NCBI RefSeq assembly: GCF_001447785.1
Contig: NW_015169795.1
Location: forward strand, 593,327 to 657,326
From: Gekko japonicus
Taxonomy: Eukaryota
DNA: 64,000 nt
Direction of reading: 5' to 3'
Under the pieces are notes generated by a model, which worked only from the letters and a program-made list of their open reading frames with translations, made no database searches and was not told the DNA's origin. Of the stretch, positions 12,899 through 24,425 are shown one piece after another. Position numbers and translations under genes: made by a program. Numbering within the stretch: the first letter of the stretch is position 1; the number at the start of each line of letters is the position of its first letter.

Positions 12899-15010
12899 TC
12901 CTTTAAAAGTAAAAGATGACATTTGATGTCTTGAAAATTAATAGCAGCAAGTGAATATTCTTTTAGTTAGCAACTCAAGCTTAAAGAGATGCACTAGGCA
13001 CTGGTGGAGATGGATTAGAAAATTCAACTTCTAGCTATAAACACACCTGTATCCTGTTTTATCCCTATCAGGGAATCCAGCAGGTACATCTTAACTGGGC
13101 AGAGCTAATACTCCTTCACCAATGGCCAAGCACCCTGTCCCAAGTTCTCTGTGGATTGTACAGAACTTGAGGGAGCAAATGAGTGTTCTCTCACTTTGAG
13201 CTAGGTCTGTGGAATCAAGCATGCCAAAGGATGGATCTTTTCTTACTTCATACCAGACAATGCAGGTCCTTCTCATTGTTTCCCTATTGCTTACGTATCC
13301 ATGTGCAGTGGGAACGGATACAGGCTGCGTCTAAATTCTCACTGCGGTGATGATTCTGTTTCTGAATGGACCACTTCGGTCTGCAAGTAGGGGACAACAT
13401 GACAATGCATACAAAAATAACCCTGCACAGAAAATTAGATGTCAGCAAGAAAGGTTCTGCTTAGCTTTCTCCCTGCCACATCTGTGGAGGAACTGGTGTA
13501 TGTGGAATAAACAGCAGAGCCAGAATGGTGTGCCGGTTAAGGTATCAGACCAGTATCTGGGAGACTCAGGTCTGAATCCCTAGTCTGCCATGGAGGTTTG
13601 CTGGCTGAATCCAGAACCAGGTATACCATCTCAGTGACAAATAGGCCTGTCCTAACTGTACCAGATAAACCTCTCTAAGCAGCTAACTGACCATAAAGGG
13701 CAGAAAGACTGTCTAACCAAACCTCATGTTAAAAAAACCCTCTTATCTAGGACAACATGAGTATTCCATAATAACTCAAGCAGCAGTTTCGCTATGCTAT
13801 GTGACAAGAAAGCAGAAGAGAAAACTGAATGCAGGTGCATACTTTCTCCCTCATGGGAATGCAAAGGATGTAAAGAGATAGGGATTTCAACCTCAACTCC
13901 CAATTACAATCCAGCCACATGAATCTGGAGTATTAGGAGAATGATCTTGTAAGGCTAAGACACCTGTACGAGATGCATGATTTTTATAAGAATCTGTGTA
14001 GCTTGTTTTATTTATTCTGACCTTTTAGGAACAAGGTGGGCCAAGCAGAAACTAAAAAAACAAAAGACTGGTCTTGTCTATACAAGCATAAATTCCACTG
14101 GATTTACTTTTTGCCTGAATAAGAATCAAGCTGCACAATCCACACTACTAGCACAGATGTCAGCTCAACTTTTCCCTCCAATGGGGCTGGCAGAGTCTCC
14201 TCTAGGCCAAAGCCTCTGAACAAAGCCACAATTTAGGCAGTACTTTTTGGCATAAGTTTCCATCAGCTTGAGGTCCTAGCATAGAAAATTTAATGTATAC
14301 AGAGGCCAAAATTCAATATAATCAAATTATTTAATCCCACTGATTCAACAGTTTTAACTCTGTTGGATTGGGGCCAGAGTGTTTCATTTCAGTAAATCAT
14401 AAATGCTTGGTGGGGGAAGAGAGGCTTCAATCTCATATGAAGATATGCAGAACTATGTATTATCTGATATTTTAGATGTAAAAGGGATACCATTATAACA
14501 CACCTGTTTTCTCTAAACAGTAAACTAACCATGACAGTTTTCCTTTGAAATGTACAAATGTTTAATCCCACAATGGATCTAGTTGAATCAATAACAGATT
14601 ATTTGTCACACAAAAACAAGGAGGGGGGAAGAGCTGGAAAGAAAACAAATTAACTATTGAGAGTAATTTACCATCAACATCTATGAGAAAATAGGGGCAA
14701 TTACAGAACATACAGTGATGACATGAACCTAGCTGAGCATCTGGCTGCACTTAAATGAAACTGACTGCAGGGACAGCTGCAACAAATGGCAACTAGGATG
14801 ATACAGCAGTTATAGTGTTGGACTAAGATATTATGGAACCCGGTTCAAAACCTTGCACTACCAGGAAACTTGCTGGGTGACCCTGGAGCAGCTCCTATCT
14901 CTTACAACAGGGCTGCCGGGAGGTCTAAACAGCAGAGAGGAAGCCACTGTATGCCACTCTGAGCTCCTTAGAGGAAGACAAGATAGAGATGTACTAACTC
15001 AATAAATACT

Positions 15011-15390
15011 AGAACAAATTTAGAAACCAATGGCACCTTTCAGACCAAAGTCTGATTCAAGGTATGAGCTTTCATGTGCTCTCACACATTCTCAGATACA
15101 CAGAAATGGAAGATAGATTCAGGTAGGTAGCCATGTTGGTCTGAAGCAGCAGAACAAAGCAATGGAAGGTTAATAGTTCAAACTTATAGACAAAGAATAA
15201 ACAGTAAATTAGCATGTAACATGGTGAAGATGTTTTAAGATATGCAGAGACATGCTAATTTGCTGTTCAGCCTCTGTCTGTAAGTTTGAACTGTTACCTT
15301 CCATTTCAATGTATCTGAGGTAGTCTGCATGCACACGAAAGTTCATACCTTGAATAAAACTTTGTTGGTCTTAAAGGTGCCACTGGACTC
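15011..15390. mobile_element. Foldback of Penelope-like terminal repeats carrying two hammerhead-like motifs
   Basis: Inverted arms 15161-15217/15250-15305 and 15011-15112/15297-15390. Confidence 0.65.
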
Positions 15391-16366
15391 CAGGCCTGTA
15401 GCTACAGTGGGGCTTTCAGGGGCTCTGCCCCCTTTCTTAAAGGCACAGTCCCATAAGAATTTCTTCTGTAAATGCTTTTTTCCAATTATTTTAAAACATT
15501 CTTAAAAGGTGTATGCTCCTTTAAGCAGAGTGGGGTGCTGTAGTTGACTAATGCCTGCACTGAGCAAGGGGGTTGGAGTAGGCAACTTCTAGGATCCCTT
15601 CTAACTCTGTTTCTGCCTAAGTGTTAACTTTCTTGACTACAGAAGTCATCACCCACACCTGCCAGCTCATTATCAGAATTGTTGCTTAGGCTGGCAGAAG
15701 TGATTAACTTTCAGCAACTGAGAACTGTCATCTAAACTGGTTGACAGTTTGCAATTTAGAGACTTATCCTAGTAACAGCTTTCTATTGACTAAATGGTTA
15801 AGACTCTGTCTCGAAGCTCTCTTCAACTTCCACCCTGCTGCTATGTAGTGAGAAGAATAGCCAGGTAGGTTTTTTGTTTTGGTTTGCATTCCTTGCTGGA
15901 CTGTATACGTTCTTTCCCTCATCTATGTGTTGTTTGTCCTTTGTTTTGTAAATAAAAGTTTTATGTGTTTTTATACAAATTGGAGAGTTTACTGGCCAAA
16001 CCCAGATAAGTATTTCCAGTGCCAGCCTACCATATACCAGAAAAATTATTCTCCTTTCACCCCCTTTCTCAGCCTGCTTTTGCCACACTCTGGGGCTAAG
16101 ATTTGCAGAAGCCTCTATGCTTTGATTTTAAAAGGCTTGATTCCACAGTAGCTAATCCTCAGAATTCTGGCTTTTCTTTCTCTGCTGAGAACTGCAGCCC
16201 CACCCCAAAAGAAAAAAATTGGCCCCGAAAGCCACAAAATCCTGGCTACTGGCGTGTTGGATTCTAATTTTGTTCTACTGCTTCAGACCAACACAGCTGC
16301 CCACCTGAAACTATCAATAAATGCTAGAATCATATGACCCTGACCTGATTCACTGAGGAACTTCTT

Positions 16367-17230
16367 GGCCCTGGTCACACGGGAGGGTTTGGCCCAAAAG
16401 AGGGATGGATCGGGGGCGCAGCAAACAGGCGCGATCCCACCGCAACATCTGGGAATCGGCGCGCACCCGTTCCCAATCCGTCCCTTCAGAACGAAAATGC
16501 AGTGCAAAAAAGAACCTACTAACTGGTAGGACTTACCTGAAGCACCGCAGCAAGCGCGGGCATGAGATCGCCGGCGCGCTTGTCTGCAGGAGCAATCGAG
16601 GCTCCCGGCCGAACTGCGCACACGCACACATGCGCAGTTTGGCTGCCTCGCTCTCCTTTCAGTGGCGGGGAGGAACTGCGTGGGGGCTCAGGGGGTCTGT
16701 GTGATCCCGCCACCACGGGTCTGTTTTGGTGCGGCTTTGAAAAGCCGCACTTTGGCCGTACTTCTCCCCCACACACACACACTTGAGCTCTTTGCAAAAA
16801 CAGGTAATTTAAAACTAATATTTATTAGTTTTAAATTACCTGTTTTTGCAAAGAGCTCAAGTGTGTGTGTGTGGGGGAGAAGTACGGCCAAAGTGCGGCT
16901 TTTCAAAGCCGCACCAAAACAGACACGTGGTGGCGGGATCACACAGATCCCCTGAGCCCCCCCGCAGTTCCTCCCCGCCACTGAAAGGAGAGCGAGGCAG
17001 CCAAACTGCGCATGTGTCAAACTGCCTCGATTGCTCCTGCAGACGAGCGCGCCGGCGATCTCATGGCCGCGCTTGCTGCGGTGCTTCAGGTAAGTCCTAC
17101 CAGTTAGTAGGTTCTTTTTTGCACTGCATTTTCGTTCTGAAGGGACGGATCGGGAACGGGTGCGCGAACAGGTAATTTAAAACTAATAAATATTAGTTTT
17201 AAATTACCTGTTTTTGCAAAGAGCTCAAGT
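16367..17230. mobile_element. Palindromic (foldback) MITE with a rearranged right end
   Basis: Left terminus GGCCCTGGTCACACGG shared with the element at 47137; arms 16460-16820 and 16823-17166 are reverse complements. Confidence 0.85.
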
Positions 17231-17559
17231 CGTATTCCCCAATTCCATCCTCACAACAACCTTGTGAAGTAATACAACCAATTTAGAGTCCAATGGCACC
17301 TTATTCCTTATTCAAGGTATGAGCTTTCGTGTGCACGCACCCTTTACCAAATACGGATCTACCTTGTGAAGTAAGTTAAAGAGGCGGTGAATGGTCTGAA
17401 AATTATATAATGGGTAAAGGGGGGTTTGAACCAAGAGTCCCTCGGTGGTAGGGAATATTCTAACGATTTATCTTTGCAATGGCTAACTTCCTTGCTCTTT
17501 ACACTTAACACCGCCAGCCTATGGCCTACGAGATTTTTAATAAGAAAATGCGAGGGAGC

Positions 17560-18130
17560 AAATAACGCCATGCCAGGCTGGATCCAGCCCGTAGCCTACG
17601 CAACACACTGAAGGCAGCTCCATCCCCACCACCATTTCCATGTGACAGCGAGGACTACCACTAGGGAAGGCGGGAAAGGAATCCAGTCGCCTCTCGTCCT
17701 TCCTTTCATCCACTCCAGCTCCCACAGGGGCCCTTCTTCGAGAACTCACCGAATACCAAACGGCCCGCCGCCTCCCCAGCAGCAGCCCTGGAGGATTCAA
17801 GATGGCGCCGCCCGACAAGAACCCGCTCGGTTTGCTGCTCTCGCGAGGCCGCCTGCGCGCTTGCTGGAATGACCAATCGGGGTCTTTGTTGTTGAGAGGG
17901 ATTCAAAGCGCGAGGCGGGACGCTGTAAGGAGGAAACGGCTGTTGCTGGAGCGGGTGGGGCGCGCGCGGTCGGGCTTGGGGGGGACTGGCAGAGTGGGCT
18001 TCTCCCGCTCCCCTCTTTCGGTGTAGGGTTGTTGGGGAGGTAGGGCTCGTAATTCTTGTTCATTTGCGTGGAGGTAAACGGGGAACACTTACTAGAAGCT
18101 CACCGTGTGTGTGTGTGTCAGGTAGGTTTC
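17560..18130. promoter_or_regulatory. Bidirectional CpG-island promoter of MRPL57/SKA3
   Basis: CpG-rich; YY1-type CAAGATGGCG 17798-17807, BANP-type TCTCGCGAGG 17839-17848, CCAAT 17873-17877, CHR (TTTGAA on minus) 17902-17907, consistent with a G2/M gene. Confidence 0.85.
17750..17830 (-). other. MRPL57: Non-coding exon 1 of MRPL57 (5' end approximate)
   Basis: Strong donor CG|GTGAGT at 17750/17749 on the minus strand inside the CpG island; the coding exon has an acceptor and so needs an upstream exon. Confidence 0.7.
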
Positions 18131-19277
18131 TTGTCCTCCTCCTTTATACTGTATTGTTTCCTGGGTGTATTGTATTGTTTGTGTTTCATCGTGCTCTGAA
18201 ATCGAGGTTGTGTGATATACTATTTCTGTTTCCTTTTCTTTTTAATGTGAAATCCGGTTTTATTGCATGGATCGTTACATGCTGTCTTTATTGTTGTTTC
18301 CTATAGCTCCTCCTTGAGTTTCAGTAAGAAAAGGTATAGGGTTAAATGACGAATGAAGAAGACAAACTAAGGACAAGTTTATCCGGGCTTGTTGCCCGTG
18401 ATAGCTAAATAAAGGCAGTACAGTTTTGTGCGTTTCTGTTGTTCTCCCTTCTCTCTGTTTCCTCCTCAAACCAATTTAGCAACGGGCAGCTCAATAAGCA
18501 GAAGCCTAGTGATTCTAGCATGAACTTTCCTGAATCAAAGCTCACTTCTTCAAATGCTAACAGAGGTTTCCCATGGCTGTTTAGAGTCAAGAAAATGGTC
18601 CGGAAGGCTTAAACCAGTCCCCCCCCCCTTGTGCCATAGATCTGATCTGGAATGCCTCAGGTTGCCAACTCTGGGTTGAGAAATTCCTGGAGCTTTGGTT
18701 GTGGGGTTTGAGGAAGGACTTTAATGGGGTATTATGCCATAGAGTCCTTCCTCAAAGCAGCCGTTTTCTCCAGTGGGGCTGGTCTATGTGGTCTGGCACC
18801 CCTAGTTGGTATGCCTGATGGCCCATTTTGGGAAGGGGAAATCAGTAGGAGCTGTGGGGATACACAACTGTTTTAGCATTAGATAGCAGGCACCGGAGGT
18901 TTAAAAAAGGAATGCTACCTTTTAATGCCTGACGGAAAGTTGGCCGCTATCGTAAGTAGGCCGTAGACTGGAAGACCGGACTCTGATCCAGTACAACAGC
19001 TGTACTTAAATTGTCATTACTTATAGAAGCCCGCAGACTCTACATGCATAAAATGTACAGTCAATGTCGTAACGTCTGTTGATGGTATTATCAGTCCTCA
19101 ACAATAGCCCAGCTATCGGTTACGGGGTTGAACATTGTGACTTTTGCTAAGAATCTTGTTCAGATGGAGCATACGCTTAGTCTTCCAGTAGCGGAGAGGC
19201 AGGGGTTGTGATGCAATGGTGGTCTTAAATCTAGAGGTGAAACCTTGTTAGGTTATTGCACCAAAATTAAACAGTGG

Positions 19278-19575
19278 TACTGCAAGAAGTCAATCCTAAA
19301 AGAAATCAACCCTGACTGTTCCCTGGAAGGCCAGATACTGAAGCTGTGGCCACCAAATGAGAAGGGAGCACTCACTGGAGAAGACCCTGATGCTGGGAAA
19401 GATTGAATGTCAAAGAAGAAGGGGACGGCAAAGGATGAGATGGTTAGACAGTGTTATTGAGGCAATGAACATGAATTTAAGCAAACTTCGAAGTACGACG
19501 GAAGACAGGAGGACCTGGCGTGATGTGGTCCATGGGGTCGCGAAGAGTCGGACTCGACTGTGCAACTGAACAAAA
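19278..19575 (+). mobile_element. BovB (RTE) LINE 3' fragment
   Basis: SLEKTLMLGKIECQRRRGRQRMRWLD is the BovB RT C-terminus; typical 3' tail follows. Confidence 0.9.
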
Positions 19576-20946
19576 CCACCTGTTTAATTTTGTATATTCT
19601 GGCATCAGCTTTTGTAGGAGAGAGCCATAAGGCAGAGTGTGAAGCGGTTCCCCTCACTTCAGATATGCAAGGGTTGGTGGGGAAAGACAGCCCTGCATAC
19701 TCAGAAGCAATCTGATAATTCTGAAGGTTGTTGTTACATACAATATAGCTATTGATATTATATGTGTGTGCGTGTGTGTGCAGTAGAGCATAATGCTTAT
19801 AGTGGCTCTTATGATTGATGACTGAGTCTCCATTAGCCTCAGAAAGTACCACTGGTATAGCATGAAAAGTCTGAGGACTTTTTGTAATTTTTCCAATGGA
19901 AAATTAGGAAGATTTGGGGAGGAGTGGGGGGAAAGACTTTATGAATTGTGAGGGGGCGAGTGAAATGTGCTGAGATTGCATAGGGTGCAGATGGTTGCAG
20001 CTATGTCTCACTTTAATATTAGGTATATGCCATTTAGTACAGTTTTATACGCTGAACCAGGGGTCATTTCCTGCAGGAGCGCACAGGAATGGAGCTCTGG
20101 CAGTAAAGAGTCCAGGGGGCGGGCACATGCAACAAGCCCCGCCCCCTGCTCCCAGCAGCCCTGGGCCACAAGAATCTGCGCGGTCCCCGTCCCCCCCATA
20201 GCTAGCAATCTAGAACAGTCCAGTGGAGCCTGAGCAGTGGGTATTGCCTTCTGACACACTTCCGGTGATACCAGGGGGTGTGGCATATGCAAATAAGTTA
20301 TGCTAATGAGTTGTGCTAATGAGCTCCTGCACCTCTTTTTCTACAAAATGTGAATTTTGTTAAAGCAGAAAAAAAATTAGCTAGGTTTGAAAGGAAAGTA
20401 AGTAGTGCATATATTTCAGTTTTCCTAACATTTCTTTCGGGGGGGGGGGGGGTCGCAGTTAATTTCCATGGCTTCAGAAATTTCCGGAAGTGTTACATCT
20501 CTCTTTAAAAGTAAAAAATAATTTCTTGTGTTCATTGATTTAGATAAGATTGAAGATTAGCTCTGAAGGAGGCATGTTCCATCATGTTTAAAAACTATTT
20601 TGCTTTCAGTTACCATAAGTTAGTATAAGGTCTGATCAGTTTAGGAATTATTGTTATAGGTAACCTTGTGGCAAGAATGAATCCCACAGCTGACTGGTAG
20701 AAAATAGCAATCGCCTACCAAGCTCAGGCACAGTTTGTGGATGTCTGTCTGGCTAAGCTATGTGCAGCTCAGGCCGGTACAGGGCCGGAATGGATTCAGT
20801 GGGATCTTCTGTTTTTCAAACTTCAGAAAAACCAACTTGTACTTAAATACTTCCCGTTATAATAATTCCCTATGTTGCCAGTTACTGGAAGTTTGCTCTG
20901 ATGGCAATAGCAATAAAACACTGTGTTCTGTAGGGTTTCCTCCAGC

Positions 20947-21049
20947 ATGGATCTAACAGGAAGTTTCTTCAGTAAACTGCGAGCCTTAGTGACCACTTTG
21001 GAGAGACAGGCTGAGCAGCTGAAGCAAGCTTCTCGTGCAGATGAAACCG
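20947..21049 (+). CDS. SKA3: SKA3 coding exon 1
   Basis: MDLTGSFFSKLRALVTTLERQAEQLKQASRADET vs human [34 protein letters not shown]; donor g|gtaaga; upstream acceptor at 20933 or 20945. Confidence 0.93.
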
Positions 21050-21429
21050 GTAAGAATGGAGTATAAATAGCAGTGAAATGTGAGGTTGGTGGCTTGGTTC
21101 TGTGGAATCCTCTAGTATGAATACATGGGCTTTTTCTTGCTGTTCTTTGACTGTGCACAAGCTATACAATGAACTGTTGTAAAATAGAACATCTTGTGAA
21201 CAGATGCTAGCCATGATCCCAAGAAATAGTTGCCTTGGTTTAAAGAGCTATAACCAACTTCCACCAGCCTGGGACTTTTGATTCGAGGGATGTCCTTTCA
21301 GTCCTAGGCACACATAAGGCTTAATTCTGGCTTGCTGTCCATAACCACGGGCTAAGTATTCTTTTGATGGACAGCAAACCAAGATTCGAAAATGTTTGGA
21401 GCAGATTTGCAGACCGTGATCAAATGCTG

Positions 21430-21708
21430 CAGTTTGGTGTAGTGGTTAAGTGTGCGGGCTCTAATCTGGGAGAACCGGGTTTGATTCCCCACTCCTCCAC
21501 TTGCACCTGCTGATGTGACCTTGGGTCAGTCACAAGCTCTGGCTGGCACAGCTGTCCTTGAAAAAGAGCAGTTTGTGTCAGAGTTCTCTCAGCCCCACCC
21601 ACCTCACAGGGTGTCTGTTGTGGGGAGGGGAAGGGAAAGGAGTTTGTAAGCCGCTCTGAGACTCCAAGTGAAGGGCAGGGTATAAATCCAATCTCCTCTC
21701 CTCTTCCT
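21430..21708 (+). mobile_element. Squam3-like SINE
   Basis: Near-identical to the reverse complement of 49787-50075. Confidence 0.85.
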
Positions 21709-22347
21709 CCATTTGCACTTAGCAAACCAAGGCTTCCAAGGCAGTTTCCCTGTCTTTCTCTAGTCTCCTGTTAGGGAGAGGGTTTAGTTTAGCAAACTCG
21801 ACTATAACTTCATTGCATATTTTTGGATTTGAACTAAGTTGTTAAGGCAAAATTCAGATGGAATGACAAAAACCCTGGGACTGGCTCTACTTGAATGAGA
21901 TGTGGCTTGTTCCCAACAAACCATAGTTTGCTGATTCTGATGAAATAGCCAGTCAGTCAGTTAGCCTTTATTGGCATAAAACAATACATTAAAAGAGGAT
22001 TACTATAAGAAAATATACATATAAAACCAGGTATTTTGCAAACTACATAATATTGCATAATGATGAAATAGCAAACTATAGCTTGCTGAAAATCCAGAAG
22101 TGACTAAATTAGCTTGGAACGTGTGAGCATGGGAAGGAAGAGGGATTGTGAGAATGAGCCCCAGGCTCATTCATGCAGCACGAAGTCATTTTACATTAAC
22201 TCATTGGTTCTGTTCAGATGTTTTCACCAGATCTTATTAGCATTTCACTATTATGTAATAGTAGTGATAACTTTATTTTTAAAATGTCATCATGGCTTCA
22301 TTGAGGTTCTAGGCTGAAACATGTCCATCTTCAACCATGACCTAGAA

Positions 22348-22493
22348 CAGGGGTGTCAATCATATGGCCTGCGAGCCAGATTTGGCCTGTCCAGGGCATT
22401 TATCTGGCTTACAAGCATGAGAGGGAGGGAAAAGGAGGTGTGAGGGAGGTGTATCAGATCCAGCCCTTGTAACAAATGAGTTCGACACCCCTG
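22348..22493. mobile_element. hAT (Charlie-like) MITE, 146 bp
   Basis: TIR CAGGGGTGTC/GACACCCCTG; 8-bp TSD ACCTAGAA/CCCTAGAA. Confidence 0.85.
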
Positions 22494-22557
22494 CCCTAGA
22501 ACATCTTAAGGATACTGAACTGTGCTTTTTCCCCCCCTTCATTTATGTGTCTTGGAG

Positions 22558-22622
22558 AATTTGAGGATGACTCCCCAATGAGATATTTACATGAACTGTA
22601 CTCTGAAATCAGGACACTGAAG
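22558..22622 (+). CDS. SKA3: SKA3 coding exon 2
   Basis: EFEDDSPMRYLHELYSEIRTLK vs human [21 protein letters not shown]; GAG acceptor, donor ag|gtaata. Confidence 0.92.
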
Positions 22623-24132
22623 GTAATATTTGGTTTGCTTACAGAATGAAAGTCTGAAACAATTTCGTTTCTACAGTATGGTCTGCATAATTTTCAAAGC
22701 AAGACAGCATATCAGTTTGACTGGATGGGTTATTGTGACTGGACTAAGAACTAGAACCTTTGAAGAGACTAGCCCGACAACTTCTCAGGAAGCTGGGCAA
22801 GGTCCTCCTCTTCTTTCTATTTTTAAACAATAGCACAACAAGTGAGTGTTCAGTTCCCAGTAGTTGTTACAGTCAGTATTGTCTTTGTAAGTTGTGACAT
22901 AGAGGAGGTTATCTGGCCCCAACAACCGGATTGTCAACAGCCAAACCCCTTTCAAGGCTTGAGCAGACTTAATCTCCGTAAGATCCAGTGGGATTTCAGG
23001 GAGCAGAGGGAATGGAGAGGGAGGGAGTTACCTATAATTGTTCACATTTTACCTCAGGCAGAGTGAGCCATGGATTAGAGTGGTCAGGAAAAGGGAAGCT
23101 CAGTGTTCTGAGGAATCAGAGGAGTTGGGGACCTGGTTGCTGGATGAGTGGAACCAAGTTAACGTCATTTTGAAAAACAATGTCAAGCTGAGAACATTGA
23201 GAGAGTGTTCATATTGCATTCTCTCGCTGATACAAAGTTTGGCTAGCGTGTGCTTACTTAAGGATAGTGATCTCAGAGAAAGCTGATAGTAATAGTAAAT
23301 CTCGATTTATGAACCTGAATGATTGTCCATGCAGTTATATCATTATAAAGTATTGGAATCTGTAACATCATCCAGCAAACTAATTGCCCCTTTTTTCAAA
23401 TAATTTGCAATAATTGTATGCCTTCTATGAACTACCTCATATGTGTTAACGTCTTCAGTATTGTTCATACTCCTCATCAGACTGTAAAGGGAGCTGAATC
23501 GTATAGTCAGAGTTATTAAAGTGGAGGCTGCCAGATCCTACAAAAACCTCTGCTTCAGAGGGACGTTGCGTGCAACTGCGAAAGGCACCAAAGAGCACTT
23601 TTTAAAACTTGCATCAAAGCCCACCTCAGCCACCTTTTCCACAGTAGGGTTACGCTGAATGCACATGAGGTAATAAACCAAAAGAGTGAGCTCTGACTTG
23701 GAAATGAATGTTGTAAGTCTTTAAGGCACCACTGGATTTTTGCTGCAACAAACTAGCACAGTTACATCTCTGCAATCCTGTGCACAGTTACATAAGAGTA
23801 AACACCATTAAACCCAGTGGGACATACTTCTGAGTAAATATGCATGTGACCAAACTGAAGCTCCCTGGGCAATCATTTGGCATAGACTCTAGCAAAAATC
23901 AGCAGTAAATCTGATTAAAGGGTTTTTTTAAAAAAAGAACTCTCTAATCAGCTTCTAGATAGCAGCCCCAGTTTAGTATCACATGGTTAGCGGAAACAGG
24001 AACAGAGTAGATTCTAAATAATCAATAAACAGTTACTTTAAAAACAATTGAACAAAAGTAAAATTTTCCCTAAGTTTTAAAGGCATCCGTATGCATAGAT
24101 TTCTTAAGCAACTGCTTAAACTTAGTCCACCA

Positions 24133-24425
24133 TTATTTATTTATTTGGATTTGTATCCCGCCCTCCCCACGAATGGGCTTGGGGTGGGTAACAACAATAT
24201 AAAATACAACATATTTAAAACCAAGTTAAAGCAACAATATACAATGCCATACTCCTAAGTACCATGTCAGCTCAGATAGAAGCATATCAGCAGTGGTGAA
24301 AGATTTAGGATGTTAGGGTCCAGGGGCCACTGGTGGGGTTGGCCACAAAAAGGGGCACCCGCTGCCTCAACCAAAAGCCTGGCACAACAGCTCCATCTTA
24401 CAGGCCCTGCGGAACTGCACTAAAT
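24133..24425 (-). mobile_element. L2-like LINE 3' end
   Basis: (TAAA)n tail with gccgccc..gagggcggg stem, also at 3173-3240, 53553-53620 and 54661-54720; FRRACK-like C-terminus. Confidence 0.6.

Noticed and set aside
12899-12922. Eight extra N-terminal residues (MSSFTFKG) in the MRPL57 ORF call
   Set aside because: The upstream ATG is in the intron's pyrimidine tract, before the acceptor at 12901; homologues start at MFLT
16283-17175. Cluster of overlapping ORFs on both strands with identical peptides
   Set aside because: Artefact of the GC-rich palindrome; no recognisable protein
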